Shown: positions 29,387-40,323, numbered from the stretch's first letter. The stretch is 64,000 bases of DNA from Phycisphaerae bacterium (GCA_039683615.1 JBDKRA010000017.1:266235-330234); one strand, 5' to 3'. A program made the numbers and translations. The notes: generated by a model not told the origin, from the sequence alone.

Positions 29387-30886
29387 ATGCACTGCACGCG
29401 TGCCCTCGTTCTTGCCGCTGCGATTCTTGCCGCTCCCGCGCTCGTAGCGGCCGCCGATCCGGCGGCGCCTGAAGCCGTGTCCGGCCGTGTCTTCCTCGAC
29501 GCCAACGGCAACGGTATCCTGGACCCGGGCGAGAAGGGCGTGCCCGGCGTGCGCATCACCGACGGCGTGCAGTTCGTCGCCACCGGCCCCGACGGGTCGT
29601 ACTCTATCCGCATCGCGGCCGATCCGACCTTCCGCTACCGCCTCGCCCAGACGGTCGGGATGTGCTGGCCGAGCGGCACCTGGCCGAGCGGGCCGTGGTG
29701 GGTCCGCCTGAGCAACATCAAAGACGCGGCGGCCGTGAACTTCCCCCTGCGGCAGGAGGTGCAGAAGATCCCCTTCGTCTTCCTGCACATGACGGACCCG
29801 CACGAGTTCTTCAACGCCGGCAACGCCGACTTCCTGGAGTGGATGAACGCCATGGCGCCCGACGTGAAGTTCATGATCGACACCGGCGACTCCTTCCGGC
29901 CCAGGGATGTCGAGAAGCCCTACAGGCTCATGTTCATCACGGCCGTGGGCAACCACGACACGTGGGAGTCGGCCACGCCCAACCCCATCGCCGACGAGGA
30001 TGGCTACGGGCCCTTCACCAAGCGCCTGGGCCCGGCGCGCTGGAGCTTCGACTGCGCCGGTGTCCGCTTCGTCGGCGTCGACGTGATCGAGGATCGCAAG
30101 CAGCCGGCGATGATCGACTGGCTGGCCAAGGACCTCGCATCGGTCAAGCCCGGCACGCGAATCGTGCTGTCGTATCACTACCCCGACCCCGGCGGCGACG
30201 CGCGCTTCGTCAAGCTCCTGCGCGACTACAAGGTCGAGCTCATCCTCGGCGGGCACAGCCACACCTACGCCTTCTCGGCCAACGGCCCGGCGCCGCTGCT
30301 GGCGGCGTATCACTGGCAGCCGCCGGGAACGTGCAACGTGCTGGCCGTTTCCGACACGCGCATCGACCACGCCGTGTACTGCCTGGGCTGCCAGTGGAAG
30401 GTGAAGGCGTTGGGCGGCCACTCGCGCCGCTGCCCGATCGTCGACCGCACGCCCGTCTCGGCCGTCACCGCGCGACTGGCCGCCAGGCATGAAGTCCCGC
30501 CCGGCCCCCTCGATGCCGCCAGGACCATCACCCTGACGCAGCCGCACGTGTACGTGCAGGCCAAGATCGCAATGGGCAGTGCCAAGCGCATCGCCCTGCG
30601 CCTGGGCCCAGCCGACAAGCCGGTGGAGATCATCTACACCGGCCAGCGCCTGAACGTCGACGGCGCCGACTACCCCTTCTCCCCGCGCCCGCCGCAGACG
30701 ACGCTGAACCTGACCTTGGTCACCCAGGACAACACCCTGACCCTCTGGGCCAACAACTTCTTCTTCATCCCCAAGCGCACCGCGATGACCAAAGCCACCG
30801 CCCTGACCATCACCGCCGAAGGCGGCCAAGCCAAGATCGAATCGATGACCGTCCAGGAGATCAAACCCGACTCTGACAAGAAATAG
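29387..30886 (+). CDS. Secreted calcineurin-like metallophosphoesterase
   Basis: VSGRVFLDANGNG N-domain; TDPH, TGD, GNHD, YHYP and GHSH motifs intact. Confidence 0.85.
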   Translation: MHCTRALVLAAAILAAPALVAAADPAAPEAVSGRVFLDANGNGILDPGEKGVPGVRITDGVQFVATGPDGSYSIRIAADPTFRYRLAQTVGMCWPSGTWPSGPWWVRLSNIKDAAAVNFPLRQEVQKIPFVFLHMTDPHEFFNAGNADFLEWMNAMAPDVKFMIDTGDSFRPRDVEKPYRLMFITAVGNHDTWESATPNPIADEDGYGPFTKRLGPARWSFDCAGVRFVGVDVIEDRKQPAMIDWLAKDLASVKPGTRIVLSYHYPDPGGDARFVKLLRDYKVELILGGHSHTYAFSANGPAPLLAAYHWQPPGTCNVLAVSDTRIDHAVYCLGCQWKVKALGGHSRRCPIVDRTPVSAVTARLAARHEVPPGPLDAARTITLTQPHVYVQAKIAMGSAKRIALRLGPADKPVEIIYTGQRLNVDGADYPFSPRPPQTTLNLTLVTQDNTLTLWANNFFFIPKRTAMTKATALTITAEGGQAKIESMTVQEIKPDSDKK

Positions 30887-31079
30887 CTCGCCTCCCCCCG
30901 ACCCGACAAGCTCTCATGCCTTCGGCCTGGTCAGTTCACTGACCCAGGGCAGTAAAAACGAAACCGCGCCCGGTCACATGACTGATGACGACACATTGAG
31001 GGTTGACGCATCGGGGGTCAGAGGCGAAATTGGCGGGCGTTGGGAAGCGGCGTCTTTCACTTGTGGGAGAATCGACAGC

Positions 31080-32618
31080 ATGAGACACATTTGCCTTCTG
31101 ACGGCGGTATGCGTTTTCAGCGGTGCGGCGCTGGCCGACGGCAAGAGCGATTTCGACCTTCTCTTCGCCCAGGAGGCGCGCAAGGTCGAGGCCGCCAACA
31201 ACGCACAGGCCTTTGTCGCCTTTGCCGGCAAGATCATGGACGCGGCCAAGGAGATGCGGGATGCGCCCGCGTCGCAGGCCTTCTTCTACGAGCAGGCGAT
31301 GGAGTACGGCTCCAGGAGCCCCACCGGATATCCCTGCGCGCTCAATGCCATCCAGGCCCTGGTTGCCCTGCAACCGGATCAAAAAGCCAAGTGGAGCCAG
31401 AAGACTCTCTCGATCGCGCAGCGCTGGTTTCAGGCCGCGCGCGGTCAGGATCGCCAGGACGCCGCCCGGCCCTATGTCGACGCGCTGATCGAGCAGGCGG
31501 AAATCCAACTGCGAGCCGGCAACGCCGGAGCCGCCGCGGACCTGTACAACAAAGCGATAGAGCCCGGCACGCTTGCGGTCTATCGCGTGGCCGAAATTCG
31601 CAGCGGCGCCGGCGCTGCGGCTGCGCTGATCCAGACGGCCGAGGCGCGCGAAAAGCTCACGGCGAGGCTGGCCGAGAACCCCAAGGACGTCCCGACCAGG
31701 GAGGCGATGATCTATCTGTATCTCATCCAACTGGACAACCCCGCTAAGGCGAAGGAACTGCTGGCCGAGGGAGTAAACAAGCCCCTGGAGTCCGGCCTGC
31801 AACTGGCGTGCAAAGACGTGCAGGCCCTGGGTGATCGGGACGCCCTGACGTTGGGCGAGTGGTATCTCAATGAGATTATGCCCAAGGCCTCGGGCGAGGG
31901 GAAGATCAAGATGCTGGTTCGCGCCAAGGCATGCTTCACGCGATTCAAAGCCATTCACCCCGCCCGAGACGCCCTGGGGTACAAGGCCCAGCAATCGATC
32001 GACAAGTTGGAGACCCTGATCGAGAAGGTCCCGGCGCCGATTGCAGGCACCCCCCAGCCTACCGCCTTGGAGCTGCGCGGGACGGAGCTCTGGCACAAAT
32101 TCGTCAGTGATTACTCCAAGGCTTACATGGGCGGCGACGTGGGGCCAAAGCGGGCTGAGGCGGTGAAAAAGCTGGTGCAGGAGTTTACCGCCAAGGTCAA
32201 TAACCGCAGGATGTGCCTGACGGGCACAGTCAAGTGGGTCTCTTATCGGGCAATCGGCGCGTACGCAATGCAGATTAATCTCGATGCTGGCGGCGACACC
32301 GCAAATCCCAACTTCGCGGGAGGGTACTACGCTGACGGGCGGCCCATTGAATTGCTCCTGACGATGGCCGCGGCGACGGCCGACAAGATATCCCGGGGCG
32401 ACGCTGTGACGCTGCGCGGTCTTTGCGCCGCCTCCGTGCGGGAGGGCAATAACCAGCCCACTACTCCCGTGGGGCAGCCTCTGGTCTTCATGATTGCCGT
32501 GGGCTCCGACGGCAAGGGGACCATCGAGCATCTGGTCGTGTCGTTGAAGGAATGCAAGGTGCACGTCGCCGGCGCGGTGGCGGCGATACTGACGCTGCCA
32601 AGCCGGCGTGGTTCCTGA
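31080..32618 (+). CDS. Secreted hypothetical protein (helical repeats plus beta-rich C-terminus)
   Basis: Signal peptide ending ALA; RBS ggag; long uninterrupted ORF. Confidence 0.7.
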   Translation: MRHICLLTAVCVFSGAALADGKSDFDLLFAQEARKVEAANNAQAFVAFAGKIMDAAKEMRDAPASQAFFYEQAMEYGSRSPTGYPCALNAIQALVALQPDQKAKWSQKTLSIAQRWFQAARGQDRQDAARPYVDALIEQAEIQLRAGNAGAAADLYNKAIEPGTLAVYRVAEIRSGAGAAAALIQTAEAREKLTARLAENPKDVPTREAMIYLYLIQLDNPAKAKELLAEGVNKPLESGLQLACKDVQALGDRDALTLGEWYLNEIMPKASGEGKIKMLVRAKACFTRFKAIHPARDALGYKAQQSIDKLETLIEKVPAPIAGTPQPTALELRGTELWHKFVSDYSKAYMGGDVGPKRAEAVKKLVQEFTAKVNNRRMCLTGTVKWVSYRAIGAYAMQINLDAGGDTANPNFAGGYYADGRPIELLLTMAAATADKISRGDAVTLRGLCAASVREGNNQPTTPVGQPLVFMIAVGSDGKGTIEHLVVSLKECKVHVAGAVAAILTLPSRRGS

Positions 32619-32965
32619 GCCTTTTCTCTCGCTCCGCGGCAGCTGACGAAGGGGACAAACGACTTTTCTGCGCTGGTCGCGCCGGGCACTCTACCCGATG
32701 ACGGGAAATCGCGGACGACGAGGAGGCTTGCGCCCGGGTGGCATGTACAAAACTCCGTCGGGCGCGTCCCTGATCTGTCACCGCGCGACACCGGTCGCGC
32801 GGGCGTGGGTGGCGAATCTGCTTGTGGGCTATGCGGCGTGCGTGGCGGCAGAAAGTGCGTTGGCAGCGATGCTGTCGCGGTGGGGTGCGGAAGATTTCTT
32901 TGAGGCGTACACGGTCAAAGTCGTGAACCTGGGCGTCGAGGATCCGGATGCTGACGAAGGGGTGG

Positions 32966-33187
32966 ATGATGACATTCCCGTCTGACAAGCCGGCGGCCTC
33001 TCCATTCATTCGGCCCAAGGAACTGGCGCAGCGGTGGCAATGCTCGCGCACCAGTGTCGACAGGATCGCCAGGCGAGCGGGGCTGTCTCGCGTGTGTCTG
33101 GGCGAAGGGAAGAACGGGATCGTCTGCTATGTGCGAGAGGAGGTGATTGCCTATGAAGGCTCCCGGCGGGTGCAACTGCAGCCGTGA
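32966..33187 (+). CDS. Excisionase-like HTH DNA-binding protein
   Basis: FIRPKELAQRWQCSRTSVDRI...YVREEVIAYE, a MerR/Xis-type winged HTH pattern. Confidence 0.7.
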   Translation: MMTFPSDKPAASPFIRPKELAQRWQCSRTSVDRIARRAGLSRVCLGEGKNGIVCYVREEVIAYEGSRRVQLQP

Positions 33188-33263
33188 CCCGCCCTGCTAT
33201 CTGACAAAGGCTGCTCTACCCAAAGACTACCCCGGAGAACGTGCAAGTCCGCCGGGGTAGTTT

Positions 33264-34187
33264 TCAGTTAGCAGATTGGTCTTCCTGTGTCGGAGCAGGC
33301 ACGGGTTGCGAGGTTGGAGGTGTCTTGGGTACGGCGATTTTCAGGTAGGCCTCAGCGAATCGTTTCCCGATTATCATCTGACTGGCAGTGGTAAAGTGGA
33401 TGTTGCCGGGATTGTAAGGGAGGTCAGCCGTAGTGATGAAACCATAATGGTCAAGTTTAACAGAGGCTTGTTGTTCCTGAACAGATCTCCATGCGGGGCT
33501 GTTACCTTGTCCTATCTGGGCAAGGATAATTGGTAGGTTGGGCTCGCGAAGATCTTGCCGAATGTCAGTGGCGAATCGTTCGAACATTCGAGCCCAATCA
33601 TGTGGATGGTCATCCGGCTTGCCTTCGGCGTCGTTCTCGCCCTGCAGGAACAATATTCCTGCCAAATTGCCCATGGCGGACGCGCCCTTGGATTTCATGA
33701 GGCATCGGCCGTACAAAGAAGATTCTGCCAGGTTCCTTTGCCATTTGCTGATGTTAGTCCCGCCTGCCGCGCAGGGAACCAGACCGACAGCGCAAGTGGA
33801 ATTCCCTTGAACAAGTTCGGCTGCAAAAGCAAGGCCGGGGCCAACCATGTTTCCGTCTAGTGGTTCACGGGCGACAGCCCATATGTACTCTTTCTTCGGA
33901 AAAACAAAAACGCGGTTTTTGGTATCCAGCGGCACGTACTCTTTGGGCAAACCCCCACCTTCCATGTTAGACTGGCCGGCCAAGATGAATATGTCGAGTT
34001 TGCCTTTATAGGTATCTGGTACGGCACAGGACGGTGGAGTTCCGTGTCGTGGGTTGAGAAGTTTAATGAGATTGCCGAGTCCGTATGATTTCTGGAGGGC
34101 CGCGCCTCCAATGAAGGAAACCGCTACAAGTGAGATTGGCAGGAGTAGACGAATGGCAACGGTACGCGTGGTCGTAGTGTGGCCCAT
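33264..34187 (-). CDS. Sialate O-acetylesterase / CE6-like (SASA) esterase
   Basis: ILAGQSNMEG, GILFLQGEND, NIHF; N-terminal membrane anchor; lower GC. Confidence 0.85.
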   Translation of the reverse strand: MGHTTTTRTVAIRLLLPISLVAVSFIGGAALQKSYGLGNLIKLLNPRHGTPPSCAVPDTYKGKLDIFILAGQSNMEGGGLPKEYVPLDTKNRVFVFPKKEYIWAVAREPLDGNMVGPGLAFAAELVQGNSTCAVGLVPCAAGGTNISKWQRNLAESSLYGRCLMKSKGASAMGNLAGILFLQGENDAEGKPDDHPHDWARMFERFATDIRQDLREPNLPIILAQIGQGNSPAWRSVQEQQASVKLDHYGFITTADLPYNPGNIHFTTASQMIIGKRFAEAYLKIAVPKTPPTSQPVPAPTQEDQSAN

Positions 34188-34292
34188 AAACAAAGCAGTC
34201 CTTGTACGTAAAGGGAGTAAACTCTCAGCCCCAAGTTACTGAACTAGCCAACCCACTGATGGGGGACTTATTGTCCTGTTTATTGTTTTCGG

Positions 34293-34590
34293 CTAGCCTA
34301 TGATTCGAGTTGAATCTTTGTTGGGGATAAAGCTGGGGCTGAATTCCACGCTATCCATGAGTGTCTCAGGAATGAGACAGGCATAGTGGTGGCGGCATAT
34401 GTCGGGGCTGTTGCCCATCAAGGTGCTGATCTTGTAGAGGCTCTCGCCCTTTGAGGCTAACTGACTGCCGAAGGTATGGCGGTAGTCGAGGCAGCCCCAG
34501 GATAGCTTGGCGGCGGTGTTGGCGGCGCGCAGGTCCTGGCTGAAGTTGTCGGCGTCCCAGCGGGGTTCGGATGGGCCGGGGAAGAGCAGG
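34293..34590 (-). pseudogene. C-terminal fragment of a tyrosine recombinase/integrase
   Basis: Not in the ORF track. Translates LLFPGPSEPRWDADNFSQDL...LDYRHTFGSQLASKGESLYKISTLMGNSPDICRHHYA; in-frame stop upstream and no ATG. Confidence 0.8.
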
Positions 34591-34733
34591 AGAGCAGTAG
34601 AACAGCCCTTCGACTCGCTTTGCTCGCTCAGGGCCAGGAGACCGCAGTGGAGGCCGTGCAGAAAGCAATGGTCCGCTGGGGCTGTGCGTTCTTCCCCTTC
34701 TCCTGCTCTCCTGATCTACTCTCCACTGCTCTG
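34582..34733. repeat. Inverted octamer arrays (AGAGCAGG-like) enclosing a cccttcgactcgctttgctcgctcaggg palindrome
   Basis: agagcaggagagcagtagaacag ... ctcctgctctcctgatctactctccactgctct; abuts the integrase truncation point. Confidence 0.6.
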
Positions 34734-34734
34734 T

Positions 34735-34766
34735 AAAAAAGGCCACGCCGTTGGCGTGGCCTTTTT
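34735..34766 (-). terminator. Rho-independent (bidirectional) terminator, likely the original tRNA-fMet terminator
   Basis: aaaaaaggccacgcc-gtt-ggcgtggccttttt directly after the displaced tRNA 3' fragment. Confidence 0.85.
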
Positions 34767-34768
34767 CA

Positions 34769-34787
34769 TAGCGGGGGCAGGTTTCGA
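34769..34787 (-). repeat. att site: duplicated 3' end of tRNA-fMet
   Basis: tagcgggggcaggtttcga versus tagcggggggaggattcga at 40250-40268 (17/19 identical). Confidence 0.88.
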
Positions 34788-34872
34788 CGGTAGTAAGAAG
34801 CCGCGACAGGTAGGATTCAGATACTGAGTAGATTAGGCCATTCGCAGTTGGATGGTCTTCGATATGTTAGTG

Positions 34873-35151
34873 CTAGACACTAAATATAGCCCCAGTATTC
34901 CAAGTCATTACTGCGCTAGCCATCATGGCTATAGCACTAATCAAAAGCCCAACTCCAAGGGTAATGAGTCGGGTCTTCCTTTTCGGGATCAACCATTGCA
35001 TTGCGACACAAAGAATAGTGGAGAGTAGTGCGATAGCTCCCACTGTAGCCTTGGCATTACCATGTCCAACCTGCAAGGTGAGGATTCCATAGAGTAGAGT
35101 GATCCAAAGCGCCAGAACGTAAGAGGGGTGGATAAGCAATGCGCTCTTCAT
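34873..35151 (-). CDS. Small 3-TM membrane protein (island cargo)
   Basis: RBS aaaggag; three hydrophobic segments; AT-rich. Confidence 0.6.
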   Translation of the reverse strand: MKSALLIHPSYVLALWITLLYGILTLQVGHGNAKATVGAIALLSTILCVAMQWLIPKRKTRLITLGVGLLISAIAMMASAVMTWNTGAIFSV

Positions 35152-35570
35152 GATCAGATCTCCTTTCCGCATCTTCCTCTGACAACGTCGCGTCGCGTGT
35201 CGGTAAATCGCTAGAGTAGTTGGCATATGTCCCATAGAGGTATTGTAAACGTGTGAACCTTATCGGGCAATTGTGCCAGCACGCAATGGGGCCGCCGCGA
35301 GTCGGGATAACCTCAACCAGGCAGTAGGGCTCTAACGGCGCTGATAACCTTTCCCGGCAAATGCCGCTCCAATGGCCCGACATAGGGGGGGCGACTCGCG
35401 GCGGCGGGTCCCATTGCGGGCGGTGGCATGAGCAGGACTCGGGCTGGCCGAATCCGGATCGCTTCCTTATCATGCGGGACATGGTCGGGCGTCACGTGCA
35501 ATCTTGGTGTCGGGGAAAGCCGGTGATCATTGCGTCCATCGGGGTCACGGTGGTGGGATGCGCAGAGGCG

Positions 35571-36515
35571 ATGTCTGAATTGGTGGATGCAGCGAGAGAG
35601 GGAGGGCGATATCCCGCGCTGAAGTGGCCTGTTGATCCGGAGGCATGGGTCAAGCTGTACCGTGGGCATCGGCGGCTGCAGCGGGTGGTGTTAGATCAGT
35701 TTCTGGGAGGGCGAGAGGTCATCGAAGGCGGTGAGGCGGAGGCTACAGTGTCCGACGTCGTGGAGTTGATGCAAGTGGGTCTGCGGCGGTCTGGAAGGAT
35801 TACGGGGGCAGAGGTGCATGAGGTGACGCGGATTCTGAAAGAGCACCCAAAGGAAGTCATGGAGGGGGCGGAGGCGGCGAGAGAGGCCTGGGAAGGGCTG
35901 ATGTCGGATGATGACAAGATTGGACCGGAAGACGACAAGGAGATGAAGGAAGCTTTGCGCCAGCCGGAGGTACTGTTCTTTTTGCTTGTTTGGGGGCCAT
36001 GCTTCTTTGAGTACGGGCAGTATCCGCCTCGACTGATGCGGAAGGCCCGCCAGGGTGACCCTGACGCGCTAGAGAAGATTCTGCGGCTGGACAAGCGGGC
36101 AATACATGATCCAAAGATTGCGCGGGAGTGGTCCACGGCCAGCATGAATCGCAACGCGTATTTTGATCGGCTGGCTGGGGCGCTTGCCGGGGAACCGGTC
36201 AAGCTATTGGGTTTGTCTCAAGTGAAGGTTCTGATGGCCGCGCTTCTATCGAACTTGTCGAAGCTGCTTGCAGATGGGGTAGAGCGGGCGTGTGAATCGA
36301 TGGGGCAGCCGGTTCCGCCTGCACTGATCCCACTGGCAAAGCGACTCAGTGGGCGGGATATCCGGGAGCTCTTTGACGCGTACCAGAAGGATGTTAAGAG
36401 GAACAGCCTGGCCTGCGATAACGATCTGCCTGGGGATAATGAGGCGCTGAAGAAAGCTCTGCAGCGGAATCGGCCTTTGTGGGATTTCCTCTTCGAGTCG
36501 GCGGGTCTTTCCTGA
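35571..36515 (+). CDS. Hypothetical protein (island)
   Basis: Long helical, charged ORF; start uncertain (ORF is open from 35361). Confidence 0.6.
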   Translation: MSELVDAAREGGRYPALKWPVDPEAWVKLYRGHRRLQRVVLDQFLGGREVIEGGEAEATVSDVVELMQVGLRRSGRITGAEVHEVTRILKEHPKEVMEGAEAAREAWEGLMSDDDKIGPEDDKEMKEALRQPEVLFFLLVWGPCFFEYGQYPPRLMRKARQGDPDALEKILRLDKRAIHDPKIAREWSTASMNRNAYFDRLAGALAGEPVKLLGLSQVKVLMAALLSNLSKLLADGVERACESMGQPVPPALIPLAKRLSGRDIRELFDAYQKDVKRNSLACDNDLPGDNEALKKALQRNRPLWDFLFESAGLS

Positions 36516-36582
36516 GGCGGGACATAGATTGCCTCGCCGGGTGTCCCGGCGCTCTTGACTGTGCAGCCGTAGAGTTGGCTGC

Positions 36583-36801
36583 ATGGTTCCAAAGAAGTCA
36601 ATTCGTGGCGGCGAGACGGCGGGCGGGATCCGGCCCCATGGGGCCGGGTCCGCGCGCGTCGCGGCCGCTGCTGATCCCGAGCCTGTCCTGGGGCGTATTG
36701 TCGTGCCACGGATGGATAAGGCTGGGGATGCGGACCGCTTGCGGCGGATCCTGGCGTCGCTGATCGCGCGGCGGGTGGTCCAAAGGGGGGCTTATGACTA
36801 A
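36583..36801 (+). CDS. Small basic protein overlapping the rep start
   Basis: 72 aa ORF whose stop lies in the nick-site hairpin; start uncertain. Confidence 0.35.
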   Translation: MVPKKSIRGGETAGGIRPHGAGSARVAAAADPEPVLGRIVVPRMDKAGDADRLRRILASLIARRVVQRGAYD

Positions 36802-36811
36802 CAGCCCCCCT
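36784..36811 (+). promoter_or_regulatory. Putative rolling-circle nick site (dso/oriT) hairpin
   Basis: AGGGGGGCT-tatgactaac-AGCCCCCCT: perfect 9 bp stem containing CTAACAG, the core seen at Rep_trans/MOBT nic sites. Confidence 0.75.
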
Positions 36812-38002
36812 GCAAAGGTGAGACTAGAGGATGGAGAGGCAGCAAGGGTCCTGGCATCGGGGATCGATTCGCTGGTGCTGACGGTATACCTCCAATGGGT
36901 GAAAGAGGACTTCCTGGAGAAGCTGCACCAACTCAAGGGCCAAGCTCAACTGACTGGGCGAGAGGTTCCCGTTAGCCTGGAGGGGCAAACACCAGAGGAC
37001 GCGGTTAGCTGCAATATGCAGACGAGCGGCGCGGGGGCCTGGGCATATCGGCTGGAAAGTGCGGAGTACACGCTGTGCGTCGGGACTTGGGCCAACGTCA
37101 TATCGCGCCCCAACGTAAAGATCGAGGTGCGGTCCGAAACATTGTGGAGACTGGGGGCTCGGCGTTCGGTGGAGCGGATCGTGGGGATTCTCAAACGGCA
37201 CGGAGCGTCGGTGGGGCTGGTGAAAGTCAGTCGGGCGGACCTCTGCGCGGATGTGCTGCTGCCGGAGACGTCCTGGCGGGAAGACCTTCGGGGTTGCCTG
37301 GTCAGCCGGGCCTCGGATATTGAGCCTCGCTACAGCCGCCGGGAGTTCTCGGGCTTCTCGCTGGGCAAGGGTGCCATCGTCGGGCGTCTTTACAACAAGC
37401 CCAAGGAGATTGCGGAAAAGTCTTTCAAGGAGTGGATGTATCCGATCTGGGGCGTCGAGGCCGTGCCGGAGGGATACAAGATCGTGCGCGTGGAGTACCA
37501 GCTTCGCCGCGAAGCGCTCAAGGAACTGGGCGTCGATGTCGTGGATGATCTGTGGCGGTACGAGCCGAACATCTGGGCGTACTGCTGCCAGAATTGGCTG
37601 ACGGTAAAAGACAATCCTGGTGCGCATCACACGCAGCGGAATCTGTTGGATTGGTGGGAGGTGGTGCAGAACGGATACAAAGGCGCTCAGGGAGCCTGGC
37701 CCCAAGTACGTGCCAAGGCCGTGAAAGCCAATCTCAGGGCGCTGCTGCAGCAATGGGTGGGGCTGACCGGCAGCATCGCGGCAGTGATTCGTGGAGAGAA
37801 CCCTTACGAGAAGGACGGGGCGCTGAGCCTGGACGGATGTATTCAAGACGCGCTGCGTCTTGCACGGGTGGCGGGATTGACCGACGAATTGCTGATGGAG
37901 AAGGTGCGATTGAAGGACGCGAAGTACAGGCGCGGCGGAGAAAAATACCGCAAGGCTGTTGCCAGTCGTCCAGGTGCTGCAGAGTTCTATCGAGGTGCGT
38001 GA
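36794..38002 (+). CDS. Rep_trans-family rolling-circle replication initiator / MOBT-like relaxase
   Basis: GIDSL, VSRADLCAD, FSLGKG...GRLYNKPKE (catalytic Tyr) and VRVEYQLRR motifs in Rep_trans order. Confidence 0.8.
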   Translation: MTNSPPAKVRLEDGEAARVLASGIDSLVLTVYLQWVKEDFLEKLHQLKGQAQLTGREVPVSLEGQTPEDAVSCNMQTSGAGAWAYRLESAEYTLCVGTWANVISRPNVKIEVRSETLWRLGARRSVERIVGILKRHGASVGLVKVSRADLCADVLLPETSWREDLRGCLVSRASDIEPRYSRREFSGFSLGKGAIVGRLYNKPKEIAEKSFKEWMYPIWGVEAVPEGYKIVRVEYQLRREALKELGVDVVDDLWRYEPNIWAYCCQNWLTVKDNPGAHHTQRNLLDWWEVVQNGYKGAQGAWPQVRAKAVKANLRALLQQWVGLTGSIAAVIRGENPYEKDGALSLDGCIQDALRLARVAGLTDELLMEKVRLKDAKYRRGGEKYRKAVASRPGAAEFYRGA

Positions 38003-38040
38003 TCTGGAGCGGAGACAGCGTGAAAAGAAATATGAGGGAA

Positions 38041-38093
38041 TATTCTTGATTTACTCTCAGAGCATAGAGTAGAATATACGGTGTTCTAGAGTA
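38041..38093 (+). promoter_or_regulatory. Sigma70-like promoter overlapped by TACTCT/AGAGTA operator boxes
   Basis: TTGATT (38046) N18 TAGAAT (38070); inverted repeat TACTCT-N8-AGAGTA at 38052-38071; another TAGAGTA at 38087-38093. Confidence 0.55.
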
Positions 38094-38105
38094 AGGAGTG
38101 GTGAT

Positions 38106-38525
38106 ATGAAGATCGAGGTATCGGCGGAGACATTTGAGAGGCTGCAGCGGCACTCTGAGCCATTGGTTGACACGGCCGAGAGCGTGATCATCAAACTATT
38201 GGATAGCTACGAGGCACGAAAGGGCGCGAAGATGACTATCGGGACAGAACGTCAAGATGACTCCAGGAGCGATGTGCCTACGAAAGTGGCAGAGCCGCAT
38301 GATCTACGAGGCTTTCAAAAAGAGGTTTGGGAGTTGGTTATCGAGCCGATGCCGACGAAGAGTTTCACTCTCCGAGATGTCTATGCGAGGGAGACATCGT
38401 TGGCAAAGCTTCGCCCACACGTGAAAGAGCTGCGAGCGTCAATTCGGGGTACGCTTGAGAAGCTGAGAGACAGAGGGCTTATCGAGTTCATCGACAATCA
38501 AGGAACGTACAGGAAGAATCGTTAG
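38106..38525 (+). CDS. SeqA-N-like RHH domain fused to a DpnI-C-like winged helix
   Basis: MKIEVSAETFERLQRHSEPLVDTAESVIIKLL resembles the SeqA N-terminus; FTLRDVY...IRGTLEKLRDRGLIEF...GTYRK resembles the DpnI C-terminal wH; RBS aaggag. Confidence 0.7.
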   Translation: MKIEVSAETFERLQRHSEPLVDTAESVIIKLLDSYEARKGAKMTIGTERQDDSRSDVPTKVAEPHDLRGFQKEVWELVIEPMPTKSFTLRDVYARETSLAKLRPHVKELRASIRGTLEKLRDRGLIEFIDNQGTYRKNR

Positions 38526-38535
38526 GGGGTGCGAG

Positions 38536-40323
<1,788 letters not shown>

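Noticed and set aside
36627-36865. Five GATC sites around the nick hairpin as targets for the SeqA/DpnI-like protein
   Set aside because: GATC is frequent throughout this window; enrichment cannot be claimed without counting
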